A stretch of 64,000 bases of DNA from Mobula hypostoma (lineage: Eukaryota). Of this stretch, positions 23,977-35,500 are shown piece by piece. Under the pieces are notes generated by a model. That model was not told the origin of the DNA, did no database searches, and saw only the letters and a list, made by a program, of their open reading frames with translations. A program made the translations under genes and the position numbers. Position 1 is the stretch's first letter. Every line of letters begins with the position of its first letter. The stretch lies in the NCBI RefSeq assembly GCF_963921235.1, contig NC_086097.1:39310001-39374000 (forward strand). The letters run 5' to 3'.

Positions 23977-26900
23977 CATAAGACGGTAAAACCTAGGAGC
24001 TGAATTAGGTCATTTGGCCCATCAAGCCTGCTCCATCATTTCATCATGGCTGATCCAATTTTCCTCTCAGACCCAGTCTCCTGCCTTCACCCTGTATCCC
24101 TTTGTGCCCTAATCAATCAAGAATCTTTTAATGTCTGCCTTAAATATACATAAAGACCTGGCTTCAACAGCTGCCTGTAGTGAAGAAATCCACAGATTCA
24201 CCACTCTCCAGCTAAAGACATTCCTCTCATCTCTGTTCTAAAAAGACACCCCTCCATTCTGAGGCTGTATCCTCTTAGACACTCACACCACAGGAAACAT
24301 CCTCTCCACATCCACTTTGTCAGGGCCTTTCATCATTTGATAGGTTTCAATGAGGTTAGCCCTCATTCTTCTGAATTCCAGTTAATACAGACCCAGAGCC
24401 ATCAAACGCTCTTCATATGACAAACCATTCAATGCTGGAATCATTTTCGTGAACCTCCATTGAACTGTCTCCAATTTCAGTGCATCCTTTCTAAGATAAG
24501 GGGCCCAAATCTGCTCATAATACTCCAAGTGAAGCCTCACCAGTGCTTTATAAAGTCTCAACATTACATCCTTGCTTTTATATTCTAGACCTTTTCACTC
24601 CATTTAGAAAATAGTTAACCCTTTCACTTCTTCTACCAAAGTGCATGACCACTTACCGACACTGTATTCCATCTGCCATTTCTTTGCCCATTCTCCAATC
24701 TAAGTCCTTCTGTAGCCTCTCTACTTCCTCAAAACTACCTGCCCCTCCACCTATCTTCATATTGTCTGCAAACTTTGCAATAATTCTATCATCCAAATCA
24801 TTAATATATAACATAAAAAAAAATTGGTCCCAACACAGACCTCTGTGGAACACCACAGAAAAGGCTCCCTTTATTCCCACTCTTTGCCCCCTGCCAATCA
24901 GCCACTGCTTTATCCATGCTAGAATCTTTCCTGTAATACCATGGTTTTGTAGTTTGTTAAGCAGCCCCATGTGTGGCACCTTGTCAAAGGCCTTCTGAAA
25001 ATCCAAGTACACAAGATTAACACACACTTCATGACCCGACACCTGGAACTTCCAGCATACTACCAGCATTTTCCAGTAATGCAAAATACTTATTCAGTTC
25101 ATCTGCCATTTCGTCATCCCCCATTACTACCTCTCCAGCACTGTTTTCCAATGGTCCAATATCCACTCTTGAATCTCTTTTACACTTTATGTATCTGAAG
25201 AAATTTTCAGTATTTTCTTTATTATTACTGGCTAGCTTATTCCATCTTTACCTTCTTAATGACATTTTAGTTGCCTTCTGTTGGTATTTGAAAGCTTCCT
25301 ACTAATTTTTGCTCTATTATATGCCCTCTCTCTTTGGCTTTTTATGATGGCTTTGACTTCCCTTGTTCGCCATAGTTGTGTCATCTTTCCTTTAGATCAC
25401 GTCTTCCTCTTTGGGATGTATATATATCTTGTGCCTTTGCTTCCAAAAATTCCAGCCACTGCTGCTCTGCCGTCATCCCTGCCAGTGTTCTTTTCCAATC
25501 ATTTCTGACCAATTCCTCTCTCATGCCTCTGCAATTCCCTTTCCTCTACTGTAATACTGATACATCTGACTTTAGCTTCTCCTTCTCAAATTTCAGGGTG
25601 AATTTCATCATATCATGATCACTCCCCCCCCCCCACCCCCACCACCCCCGGAAGGGTTCTTCTACCTTACAGTCTCTAAGCAATTCTGGAATTCTGGTTA
25701 CTGCACAACACCCAATCCAGAATAGCTGATGCTGTGGTAGGCTCAATCACGAGCTGCTCTACAAAGTCATCTTGCAGGCAATCTAGAAATTCCCCCTCCT
25801 GTAATCTAGCACCAACCTGATATTCCCAATCTACCTGCAAATTGAAATCCTCCATGATAATTGTAATATTGCCCTTTTGGCATGTGATTTCTATCTCCCA
25901 TTGTAATTTGTAGGCCACATCCTTACTACTGTTGGGGATCTGTATACAACTCCCATCAGGGTATTTTTACCCTTGCAGTTCCTTATCTCTATCCACAGTG
26001 ATTCAACACATTCTGACCCTATGTCACCTCTTTCTAATGATTTGATTTCATTTTTTACCAACAGAGCAACGCCACCCCCTCCACCTTCCTGCCTACCCTT
26101 TTGATACAATGTGCATCCTTGGACATTAAACTCCCAGCTATAATCTTCCAACTGTGATTCAGTAATTATACCTGCCAATCTGCAACTGTGCTGCAAGTTC
26201 TTCTACCTTATTCCGTGTACTGCACGCATTCAAATATAACACCTTCAGACCTGTACTCACCCTTTTCAAACTTCTCCTCCTGTTACATTGCAACTCATCC
26301 TGTTGACTGCAATTTTGCCTGATCAACAGCCTCTCCTCACTACACACTGCCTCTGATTGTAAACCAACTACCCTCATCTTCAGCACAGTTATCCACCTTT
26401 CCTACGATACTCCTTACATTGAAATATATGCAGCTCAGGTCACTAGTTCCACCATGCTCAACCTTAACTTTGGCTGAGGTCTTACCAACATCTGCCTCCA
26501 CAACCTCTCCATTAACTGTTCTGGCAATCTGGTTCCCATTCCCCTGCAACTCTAGTTTAAACCCCACCATGCAGCATTAACCAACCTTCCTGCTAGGATA
26601 TTAGTCCCCTCCAGTTCAGGTGCAAACCATCCGTTCTGTACAGGTTCCACCTTCCCTGGAAGAGAGCCCAAAGATCCAAAGATCTTATGCCCTCCCTCCT
26701 ACACCAACTCCTTAGCCACATATTAAACTGTATAATCTTCCTAGTTCAGGCCTCACTAGCACGTGGCATGGATAGCAATCCTGAGATCACAATCTTAGAG
26801 GACTTGCCATCTAACTTAGCACCTAACTGCCTATGCAGAACCTCGTCACTCATCCTACCCAGGTCATTGGTACCTTCATGGACCACGACTTCTGGCTGTT

Positions 26901-27670
26901 TACCTTCCCACTTAAGAATGTTGAGGACTTGATCTGAGATATCCCAGCCCTTGGCATCCAGGAGGCAACATGCCATCTGGGAATCTCGTTCTTGCCCACA
27001 GAACCTCCTGTCCATTCCCTTAACTAACAGATCCCCTATCACCACAGCGTGTTTCTTCTCCCCATTTCCCTTCTGAGTCACAGAGGCAGACTCAGTACCA
27101 GAGACCCGACCACTACGACTTTCCTCTGTTAGGTCATCCGCCCGGCAGTAACCGAAGTGATATACCTGTTGTTGAGGGGGATGGCACAGGGGTACTCTGC
27201 ACTGGCTCCTTAACTCCTTACCCAGTCCTGACTGTCAACCAGTTTCCTGAGTCCTGCACCTTGGGTGTAACTACCTCTCTACAAGTACTACCTATCACCC
27301 CCTCAGCTTCCTGAATGACCTAGAGTTCATCCAGTTCCAGCTCCAGCTCCTTAACTCAGTTTGTTAGAAGCTGTGGCTGGATACACATCTCGCAGTTGTA
27401 GTCAGCAGGGACACTGGAGGTCTCCTTGCCATCCCACATCCCGCAAGAGGAGCATTTCACTATCCTGCCTGGCATCTCAACTGTCCTAGCCGAGCAGATA
27501 AAAAGAAGAGAAGGGAAAAAAACTTGAGCTTTTCTTTCCTTTGCTTTCTCTGACTGAAGCCTCTCTTTGATGAAACCTTGAAGATCTAAAGCCTCAAGAT
27601 CACTACTCTATGTCTACTCCGACAAAGACCGGTGTGCTTGTCCGTCTTCCTTTAGTTTGCTCTTACTAAT
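23977..27670 (-). mobile_element. CR1 LINE with ORF1 (SGNH esterase), APE and deleted RT
   Basis: VVIGDLLVKG...VVVHEGTNDLG (ORF1), LKVLYLNACS, GGGVALLVK, YLDFQKAFDKVPH, KFADNMKIGG and LYKALVRLHLEY. Confidence 0.9.
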
Positions 27671-28230
27671 CAATCCCAAATGCCGATTGATTGCTGGTCA
27701 AAGTTCTTTTTCGTTGCCGTGACCCACTGCTGCCTTTTGGTCCTCGGACAGCGGACCTGATTGAAATCCCCTCCTCTCCAAACTGCATGTCTGGATTGGC
27801 CACTGGTCAAAGCACTTTTTCCAATGAGAAAACATTTATTCAAGTAATACAAATAAAGAAGCTTCCAGAGCTTTCCAGAATTATACTTTGCATCTCTGCT
27901 AGAGGCATAGTAAACTGTTATATGCATATAAGAGCTACTTAAAATACATGAGATAATTGTTAAACTGCAAAGGAAATAGCAACTAAACAGCTTAAACTAA
28001 GAATTAAACAGTCAGATCCAACAGTGCTGTATTGCTAAGCAAGAAAATAAATACATAATAATGCAGAATTCCAACAGGCTTATGCAAAGCTTTTCTGTAT
28101 CAACTTATAAAGCACTTCCAAACATTAGGACGCAAGCAACAGGAATTCTGCAGATGCTGGAAATTCAAGCAACACACATCAAAGTTGCTGGTGAATGCAG
28201 CAGGCCAGGCAGCATCTGCAGGAAGAGGTG

Positions 28231-28268
28231 CAGTCGACGTTTCAGGCCGAGACCCTTCGTCAGGACTA
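28231..28268 (-). ncRNA. Minimal type-I hammerhead ribozyme of the Penelope-like element
   Basis: UAGUC-CUGACGA-AGG(GUCUCGG)CCU-GAAA-CG-UC-GACUG; palindromic ACGU helix III as in dimer-cleaving PLE hammerheads. Confidence 0.8.
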
Positions 28269-29230
28269 ACTGAAGGAAGAGTGAGTAAGATTTGAAAGTG
28301 GGAGGGGGAGATCCAAAATGATAGGAGAAGACAGGAGGGGGAGGGATAGAGCCGAAAGCTGGACAGGTGATAGGCAAAAGGGGATACGAGAGGATCATGG
28401 GACAGGAGGTCCGGGGAGAAGGACAAGGAGGGCTGGGTGGGGGGGGGACCCAGAGGATGGGCAAGAGGTATATTCAGAGGGACAGAGGGAGAAAAAGGAG
28501 AGTGAGAGAAAGAATGTGTGCATAAAAATGAGTAACAGATGGGGTACGAGGGGGAGGTGGGGCCTTAGCGGAAGTTAGAGAAGTCGATGTTCATGCCATC
28601 AGGTTGGAGGCTACCCAGACGGAATATAAGGTGTTGTTCCTCCAACCTGAGTGTGGCTTCATCTTTACAGTAGAGGAGGCTGTGGATAGACATGTCAGAA
28701 TGGGAATGGGATGTGGAATTAAAATGTGTGGCCACTGGGAGATCCTGCTTTCTCTGGCAGGATCTCCCAGTGACCACACATTTTAATTCCACATCCCATT
28801 CCCATTCTGACATGTCTATCCACGGCCTCCTCTACTGTAAAGATGAAACCACACTCAGGTTGGAGGAACAACACCTTATATTCCATCTGGGTAGCCTCCA
28901 ACCTGACGGCATGAACATCGACTTCTCTAACTTCCGCTAAGGCCCCACCTCCCCCTCGTACCCCATCTGTTACTTATTTTTATGCACATTCTTTCTCTCA
29001 CTCTCCTTTTTCTCCCTCTGTCCCTCTGAATATACCTCTTGCCCATCCTCTGGGTTCCCCCCCCCCGTCTTTCTTCCCAGACCTCCTGTCCCATAATCCT
29101 CTCGTATCCCCTTTTGCCTATCACCTGTCCAGCTCTTGGCTCTATCCCTCCTCCTCCTGTCTTCTCCTATCATTTTGGATCTCCCCCTCCCCCTCCAACT
29201 TTCAAATCCCTTACTCACTCTTCCTTCAGT

Positions 29231-29268
29231 TAGTCCTGACGAAGGGTCTCGGCCTGAAACGTTGACTA
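29231..29268 (+). ncRNA. Minimal type-I hammerhead ribozyme, second arm (GUU cleavage triplet)
   Basis: UAGUC-CUGACGA-AGG(GUCUCGG)CCU-GAAA-CG-UU-GACUA. Confidence 0.75.
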
Positions 29269-29474
29269 CACCTCTTCCTACAGATGCTGCCTGGCCTGCT
29301 GCGTTCACCAGCAACTTTGATGTGTGTTGCTTGTCCAAACATTAGGACTTGCATTTTGAGTGACGATGACAAATGCCGGCAAGAGCCAGGGGACTGTTAT
29401 CCACCAATTGACATTAATCAGGGCTGTGTTTTTGAGAAACTTCTTCACAAATTCTATATGCAACCATTCATGCC

Positions 29475-29630
29475 AGCAACACACGAAGTGCTGGAGGAAC
29501 TCAGCAATTCATGCAGCATCCATGGAGAAACATGCATCATTTTGGATTAAGACCCTACATCTGGATTAAATTCCACCAGCATTTTGTGCACTGCTCCAGA
29601 TTCTAAAATCTGCAGTCTTTTGTGTCTCCT
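29475..29630. mobile_element. Short old Penelope-like fold-back
   Basis: CACACGAAGTGCTGGAGGAACT ... AATTCCACCAGCATTTTGTG inverted arms. Confidence 0.55.
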
Positions 29631-30099
29631 CTCTGTCATCATTTTTGCCAGGAAAGACAAACCACAAATCCCCTGCAATACAAGAAACCATTTTAAAGAA
29701 TTTAGCAGCACTAAGTCTAGAAGTTGCAGACAATGTACTGTATAATACTGGAACAACCGAAGTAGAAAAGTTAACTGGGAGATGAAAGAATTTCAAGATG
29801 ACTAAAGAACTAAATTATCTTGGATTTGTGCAGAAAGGTAGTGCTGGCATACAAGAACGATGGTGTTCTTCTACAATGGGGCTAAATGGCTTAAGCCTAT
29901 TTCCACTTCCTGTGTTCAAGGAAACTACAGAGCAGATTTCCTTCCCTTGGCAGAATGCACCAAAAAGGCAAAACTGCAGCTTTAGAGGTATCAGACAAAT
30001 TTATTTAATCAAATTTGATTATTTAGAAACAACTTTAGAATGAAAAAAAAGTGAGAACATGCCCTTGCATCTACAATTCATTTCTCAGTGAACAAAAAA

Positions 30100-30890
30100 A
30101 AAATCAGCAGAAGCTGAAAGTCTAAAATAAAACCAGAAAATGCAGAAAATCCCAAGCAAATGTTGATGGTTAACTTAAGGTAGAAATAGCCAGTTCTGAT
30201 ACAGACAGAGGGTTCGGGTAATCAGAAGTTGGAGAATTTAGTATTGAGCTGGAAGGCTGCTATGTGCAAATGGAAGATGAGGTGTTGTTGCTCTTCGCAT
30301 TGGGGCTCTTATACTGCTGCAGACCACAGACTGGAGTGAGAGCTGTACAGAGAATTAAAGTGGGAGGATGACCATGCATACTGAACATTGATGCTCAGCA
30401 AAGCAGTCACTCCATTTGCATTGGGTTTCTCCTTCACAGAGGAGACCACTTTCTGAACACAATGCTACAAGTTAGACTGGAAGTGTGTGTGGAGTATTGC
30501 TTCCTCTGGGGAGACTATTTGGTTCTCTGGATATGGCAAAGGGAAGTGGTTGAAAGCTTGGTGCTGTGGCTGCTTAAGAAAATGCCATAGCATGGGCGTG
30601 GTTGGTCGGGTCAAAGAATGGATTTCGGTGGATCAACAAACTGCAAGGCAAATGTTGCCTTGGAAATGCTTTAAGGTAAGAAGGAGAGGACATGCCTGTT
30701 TTAACTGGCAGAAATTGTAAGTGCTGATTGCATAGGCTGGTGGAATGGAAAGTGAGGACCAGAGCAACTCTACCCTTGCTGTCCAGGGGAAGAGGAGGCA
30801 AAACAGTGGTGAGGGAATTAGACTGGATGTGGTCAGGGTGTGTCCACTACGGCAGATGGGAAACTACAGTCCAGTACAAAAGACACTTGC
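30100..30890 (-). mobile_element. Old Penelope-like ORF remnant
   Basis: RVALVLTFHSTS resembles the PLE RVPLVLTYHP linker; degenerate endonuclease C-terminus at about 30220-30370. Confidence 0.55.
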
Positions 30891-31409
30891 TTACTTATAG
30901 GTTGTCAAAACAGCTTCCTTAAATTGGTTAGCTCACTCAATGCATAGTAATGCACAGTTGCTCCGTTTAGATTAATAGAGTATGACTAACTTTAAAAGAA
31001 ATGTGTTACTGCAGGAGAGATATCAACTCCTGACTGGAATGGAATCCCCTTCTCAACAGATTACACTGTTTACTATTAGAGACAAGAAATACTAAGAATT
31101 CACAAAAATTAACTAAAAGTAGAACATTGAAGACTAGTGAATGTTTCCCTAGTACTACAAGATGGACTCTTGATCTCATGATCTACCTGGTTGTGACCCT
31201 GCACTTTACTGCCTACCTAAAATGTACTTTCCCTGTTCTGTAACATTCTATTCTGTTCCCTGTTGTTTCTACTTTGCACTACCTCAATGTACCATTGTAA
31301 TGAATTTATCTGTGAGAACCTTATGCACTACAAGTTTATCACTGCACCTCAGTAGTTTGAAATGATAAACCAATTTATCAATTTATATTAAAGTATGCAT
31401 GGGCTAATT

Positions 31410-32240
31410 GCGTTTTCCACTTGTCAATTCCCAGCTTCTTACTTCACCCCCCCCCCACCCACCCGGTTTCACCTATCATCTTCGAACTTGTCCTCCACCC
31501 GTCCACACCCCACCCCACCAACCTTCTTATTCCTGTTTCCTCCCCTTTCTTTTCCAGTTCTGAAGAAGGGTCTCAGCCGAAATGTGGAATGCTTATTCAT
31601 TTCCACAGGAGCTGTCTGACAGAAGCCTGTCTGAGAGCATTCTGACAGTCTGTATCACTGTCTGGTATGGGGGTGGGGGGCTATTGCACAGGACCGAAAG
31701 TAGCCGCAGACAGAGCTGTAAATTTAGTCAGCTCCATCTTGGGCACTAGCCTACAAAGTACGCCTTTAGGTAGCGGTGTCTCAGAAAGGCAGTGTCCATT
31801 ATTAAGGACCCCCATCACCCAGGGCATGCCCTTTTCTCACTGTTACCGTCGGGTAGGAGGTACAGAAGCCTGAAGGCACACACTCAGTGATTCAGGAACA
31901 GTTTCTTCCCCTCTGCCATCTGATTCCTAAATGGACATTGAACTCTTAGACACCACCTTACTTTTTTAATATATATTATTTTGTTTTTTAATCTATTCAA
32001 TATACGTACAGTGTAATTTACTTCTTTCAGAATCAGAATCAGGTTTATTATCACTAGCATTTACTTATTATTATTATTTTTCTTCTATATTGTGTATTGC
32101 ATTGAACTGCTGCCGCTAAATTAACAAATTTACGACACATGCCGGTGACAATAAACCTGATTCTGATTCTGCCTGCTTAGTTCCACCAGTACTTTATGGG
32201 GGTTGCTCTAGGTTTCCAGCATCTGCAGGACCTCTTCTGT
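31410..32240 (+). mobile_element. Penelope-like 3' end split by a Rex1/Babar 3' fragment (~31620-32170)
   Basis: Degenerate hammerhead CTGAAGAAGGGTCTCAGCCGAAATGT at ~31560. The inserted part closely resembles 8520-9046 and has the same CTGATT tail. Confidence 0.75.
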
Positions 32241-32668
32241 TTATAATTGCATTTCTTTTTCAGGTTATGGTGAAAGTTTATTAAAAATGCCCCATGACTA
32301 TATTTGGAATAAAATTTAGTTCTGATAGACTAAAGGCTCCAAAGCGCGTGAAATGATTAGCTTGATGGAACAAAACTCGAAAAAGTTGAAGCATTTTGCA
32401 AAGCAGGTGGCACTTGTAAGAAAGGGAAAAAGTTAACATTCCCAATCTGAGACTCTTCTCAAAGAAAAATCTAATCAAATGTCTCGGACCTGGCAATTTT
32501 AACTATCCTACCACAGATTGTGTCTGATCTATCGCGATTTTCCAGCAAAATTGTTTTTTTTTCTGTCACGGGTTTTCAGCATTTGCAGTTCTCTTTATTT
32601 ACTTGGATTGTCTGACAGGGTTTACTTTTGACAGAAGGCGCTGCATCATAGTACAGTATCTGACTTAC

Positions 32669-32749
32669 CTAACATCCTGATCTGGTTCGAGGAAGGCACC
32701 ACGGATGGAAGAGATCGCCGAATAAAAGCAAAGCAGGCTCAGCAAACAC
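32669..32749 (-). CDS. TPP1: TPP1 exon 2 (signal peptide; CLLSLLCFYSAISSIRGAFLEPDQDV)
   Basis: GGCCAG| and |GTAAGT; 81 bp, phase 2 to 2; hydrophobic stretch plus the conserved EPDQ. Confidence 0.9.
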   Translation of the reverse strand: MFAEPALLLFGDLFHPWCLPRTRSGC

Positions 32750-33275
32750 CTGGCCAGATGAACATTGAGATTAATGAGAACTCTAGTATGCAACCTCAAA
32801 ATACCAAGACGAGCACAGGTTTTAGAAATCGCTTTGCAATCACGAGTTTGTTCGCGGCCGGTATCACTCACCCGGGTGCCATTGTCGGAGGTCAGGACAG
32901 CCAGAACCACCCCTCTGTTCGTGGCTTCACACCCAGCACAAGCACTGCTGTCAATCACCCTTCCCATCGACTCGGCCTGACGGCGAATCTGCAGAAATGC
33001 TTCCGGGACCGGGAGGACGGGCTAAACGCCTGCGCCACTCTGCGATCGTTCAACTCTGACTCACGGCGCACACGTTTAATCGCTAAACATTCTCAGCATG
33101 CATTTCCAGCCAAATATTTTACAATGAACACACTTTTGGAATCTCTGATTTAAAAAGATTTGCCAAATTATGCTGCTGTCGGTGAAACAAAAGCGGAGGC
33201 AGCCCAGCCATTGTTGGCATGGCCGTAAGTCCCGACCCATCGGAGGCGAGGAACGAGGTGCTTCATCGCACTCTC
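32690..33275 (-). promoter_or_regulatory. CpG-rich TPP1 promoter / 5' region
   Basis: Local CpG enrichment in an otherwise CpG-depleted window, surrounding exons 1-2; ETS-type CCGGAAG near 33000 on the minus strand. Confidence 0.6.
32872..32882 (-). CDS. TPP1: TPP1 exon 1 coding part (ATG GCA CCC GG; MAPG)
   Basis: Strong Kozak context GACAATGG followed by a consensus donor GG|GTGAGT in phase 2, matching exon 2. Human TPP1 also has a very short phase-2 first coding exon. Confidence 0.75.
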
Positions 33276-33379
33276 ATTCATTTGAAGTGACACTCAGGAT
33301 TTCATTTAAAAAAACTCTAATTAAAATTGTATTTGTAATTATTTTAAAATTAAATAACTTTTCAACAGTCTTTCTATAG

Positions 33380-34560
33380 CTAGATAGGTGTTTTATCGAT
33401 CCCAATGGAAACTACAGTGCCACAGTAGCGTTACAAGTGCACTGATGTACAAATATTAGGACAGATGTAAGAAAGAATAAAAAATTAGTTACCTCAAACA
33501 GTCTTAAGAGGAGGGTGTTATCACTTCCCCTGCTATAGGATGGCCTATTACAGACTTCGAATAGCGCTCTTTGGAGCAGCACTGTTGTCTCGATCTATTA
33601 CTATAAGTGCTCCTCTGTTCAGTCAAGGTGACAACCGGAGGGTGAGAAACATTGCCCAGAATTGCCAGGATTCTCTGTAGGGATCTTTGTGCTCTCACAG
33701 CCTTCAGTAGGCCCAGTTTGACTCCTATAACAGAGCCGGCCTTTCTGTTGGCATCACCCATGTTGGTGCCATTGCCCCAGCACACCACCGCAGAGAAGAT
33801 TGTACTGGTGACAACAGACTGGTAGAACATGTGAAGGAAAGGCCTGCATACTCTAAAGGACTTCAGTCTCCTCAGGAGGTCGAGGAGACTTTGGCCCTTC
33901 TTGTGTTGGTGTTCCATTCAAGGCTGTCATCCAGGTGCACTTGTGAGCCCACACCGCCAACAGTAACAGGGAGTAGACAATCACCATCTCCTTTGTCTCA
34001 CTAATGTTGAGCTGCAGATGATTCAGCTTGCACCATTTGACAGTCCTCCACCAGGGCCCTGTATCCATCCTCCCAACCTCCCTTTATACACCCAACTATT
34101 GCAGAGTCATCGGAGAATTTCTGCAGAAGACATGACTCAGTGTTGTATCTAAAGCCCAATGTATACAGGGTAAACAGGGAGCCAATACAGTCTCCTGTGG
34201 GGTCCCAGTGCTGCTTATAACCATGTCTGACACACAGCTCTGGAGCTGCATGAACTTACGGTCTGCCAGTCAGGTAGTCCATTATCCAGGATACAATGCA
34301 AGTGCAATCTGCATTGAATGGAGCTTTCCCCCCAGCAGTGAGGGCTGTATGGTATTGAAGGCACTTGAGAAATCAAAAACCATGATCCTCACAGTGCTGT
34401 CCTGCTTATCCAAATGGGAGTGTTCTTTGTTCAGCAGGTAGATGACAGCATCATCGACTCCAATGTGCTCCTGGTCGGCAAAGTGCAGGGGATCGAGGGC
34501 TGATCTGCCTCTGTAGGGTCTTCATGATCTGTGAGGTCAGGGCCACTGGACGGTAGTCAC
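33380..34560 (-). mobile_element. Rex1/Babar-type LINE 3' half, degenerate
   Basis: WCKLNHLQLNISETKEMVI, LRRLKSF and FYQSVVTSTIF. Confidence 0.8.
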
Positions 34561-34627
34561 TCAAGAATTTCGGTTGGCCTCTGTGAAATATTTGCAAACA
34601 ATGTTTGCTTGTTGCCTACCGACAACA

Positions 34628-34897
34628 GGTAGTGTAGTGGTTAGTGCAATGGTATTACAACTTGAGGCGTTCCCGACTTTGGAGTTTAATTCCAGCGTCA
34701 TTTGTACATTCTTCCCCTGAACCCCGTGGGTTTCCTCTGCGTGCTCGAGTTTCCTCCTGTATTCCAAAAACGTACCAGTCACTAGGCTAATTAGTCATTG
34801 TAACTTGTCCTGTGATTAGACTTAATAGGTGGGTTGCTGGATGATGAGGCTCATTGGGCTGGAATAGACTGTTCCGAGCCGTATTTCTAAGTAAATA
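34628..34897 (+). mobile_element. V-SINE/HE1-like SINE
   Basis: tRNA-like head GTAGTGTAGTGGTTAGTG plus a V-domain-like core. Confidence 0.7.
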
Positions 34898-35232
34898 CCG
34901 TTCTACAGCAGTGTAACTCCAGCAATCTTCCGATTGTACCCCGATGTACTAACATTTCAAATTTATCTATATGTTTTTTCCCTGTGCTTCAGCACACATG
35001 ACAATAACAAACCTATTGACCAGGAGGCAGGGCAGAGAGCATATGTTCCTGTAAGTATTAATGGTGTTTCGGTGAAGATGATTGAAAGCTTCAGGTACAG
35101 TACCTTGGTATAAACATCATTTGACACTATGTCTACAGAACTCAGTCTAATTGTGATGTCTCAGACTAAAGAAGCACACCAGCACCTCTACTTCATCAAA
35201 AACCTATGTCCCTGGTGACCCACATCAAAAGC

Positions 35233-35500
35233 ATGGTGGTGTAGTAGTTGGCACAACGCTTTACAGTTCAGGGGACCTGGGTTGAATTCCTGCTGCTGCC
35301 TGTACGGAGTTTGTACGTTCTCCCCGTAATCGTGTGGGTTTCCTCTGGGTGCTCTGGTTTCCTCCCACGATCCAAAGATGTACTGGTTGGTTATTGTAAA
35401 TTGTCCCGTGCTTAGGCCGGGTTTAAACTGGGGGACCGCAGAGCAGTGCAGCTCGAAGGACCAGAAGGGCCCACTCCACGCTATGTCTCAATAAATAAAA
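35233..35500 (+). mobile_element. V-SINE/HE1-like SINE
   Basis: B-box-like GGTTGAATTCC; GAGTTTGTACGTTCTCCCCG...GGGTTTCCTCTGGGTGCTCTGGTTTCCTCCCAC; A-rich tail. Confidence 0.78.

Larger units (their letters stand above)
28132..29333. mobile_element. Penelope-like element: 1.2-kb head-to-head palindrome of two 5'-truncated copies, 15-bp TSD
   Basis: TSD TCCAAACATTAGGAC at 28117-28131 and 29334-29348; arms 28166-28748 and 28757-29333 with an 8-nt spacer. Each arm encodes the PLE GIY-YIG C-terminus DLPVATHFNSTSHS...LEEQHLIFRLGSLQPDGMNIDF. Confidence 0.92.
274..32882 (-). other. TPP1: TPP1 gene span (tripeptidyl-peptidase 1, sedolisin/S53 family), coding exons 1-8; 3' exons lie beyond the window start
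   Basis: Spliced translation MAPGCLLSLLCFYSAISSIRGAFLEPDQDVSLPAGW...GGVHRFPP...[15 protein letters not shown]...[10 protein letters not shown]...[10 protein letters not shown]...GLTILFASG is collinear with human TPP1. All introns are GT-AG with consistent phase. Exon 3/4/6/7/8 sizes (140/151/179/199/189) match human sizes as I recall them. Confidence 0.97.

Noticed and set aside
28565..28940. Two near-identical 82-aa ORFs on opposite strands
   Set aside because: Artefact of reading through the palindrome centre: the antisense of one arm is fused to the truncated GIY-YIG tail of the other.
32665..32967. 100-aa ORF as a single first TPP1 exon
   Set aside because: It would bury the signal peptide about 75 aa from the start. 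The Kozak ATG at 32882 with a phase-matched donor fits the conserved TPP1 structure better.
32758..33153. 131-aa plus-strand ORF over the TPP1 promoter
   Set aside because: No recognisable homology; open frames are expected by chance in GC/CpG-rich DNA.
32880..33350. CLEAR/TFEB site expected for a lysosomal gene
   Set aside because: I saw no CACGTG or GTCACGTGAC in the proximal region, only partial TCACG/CACGT matches.
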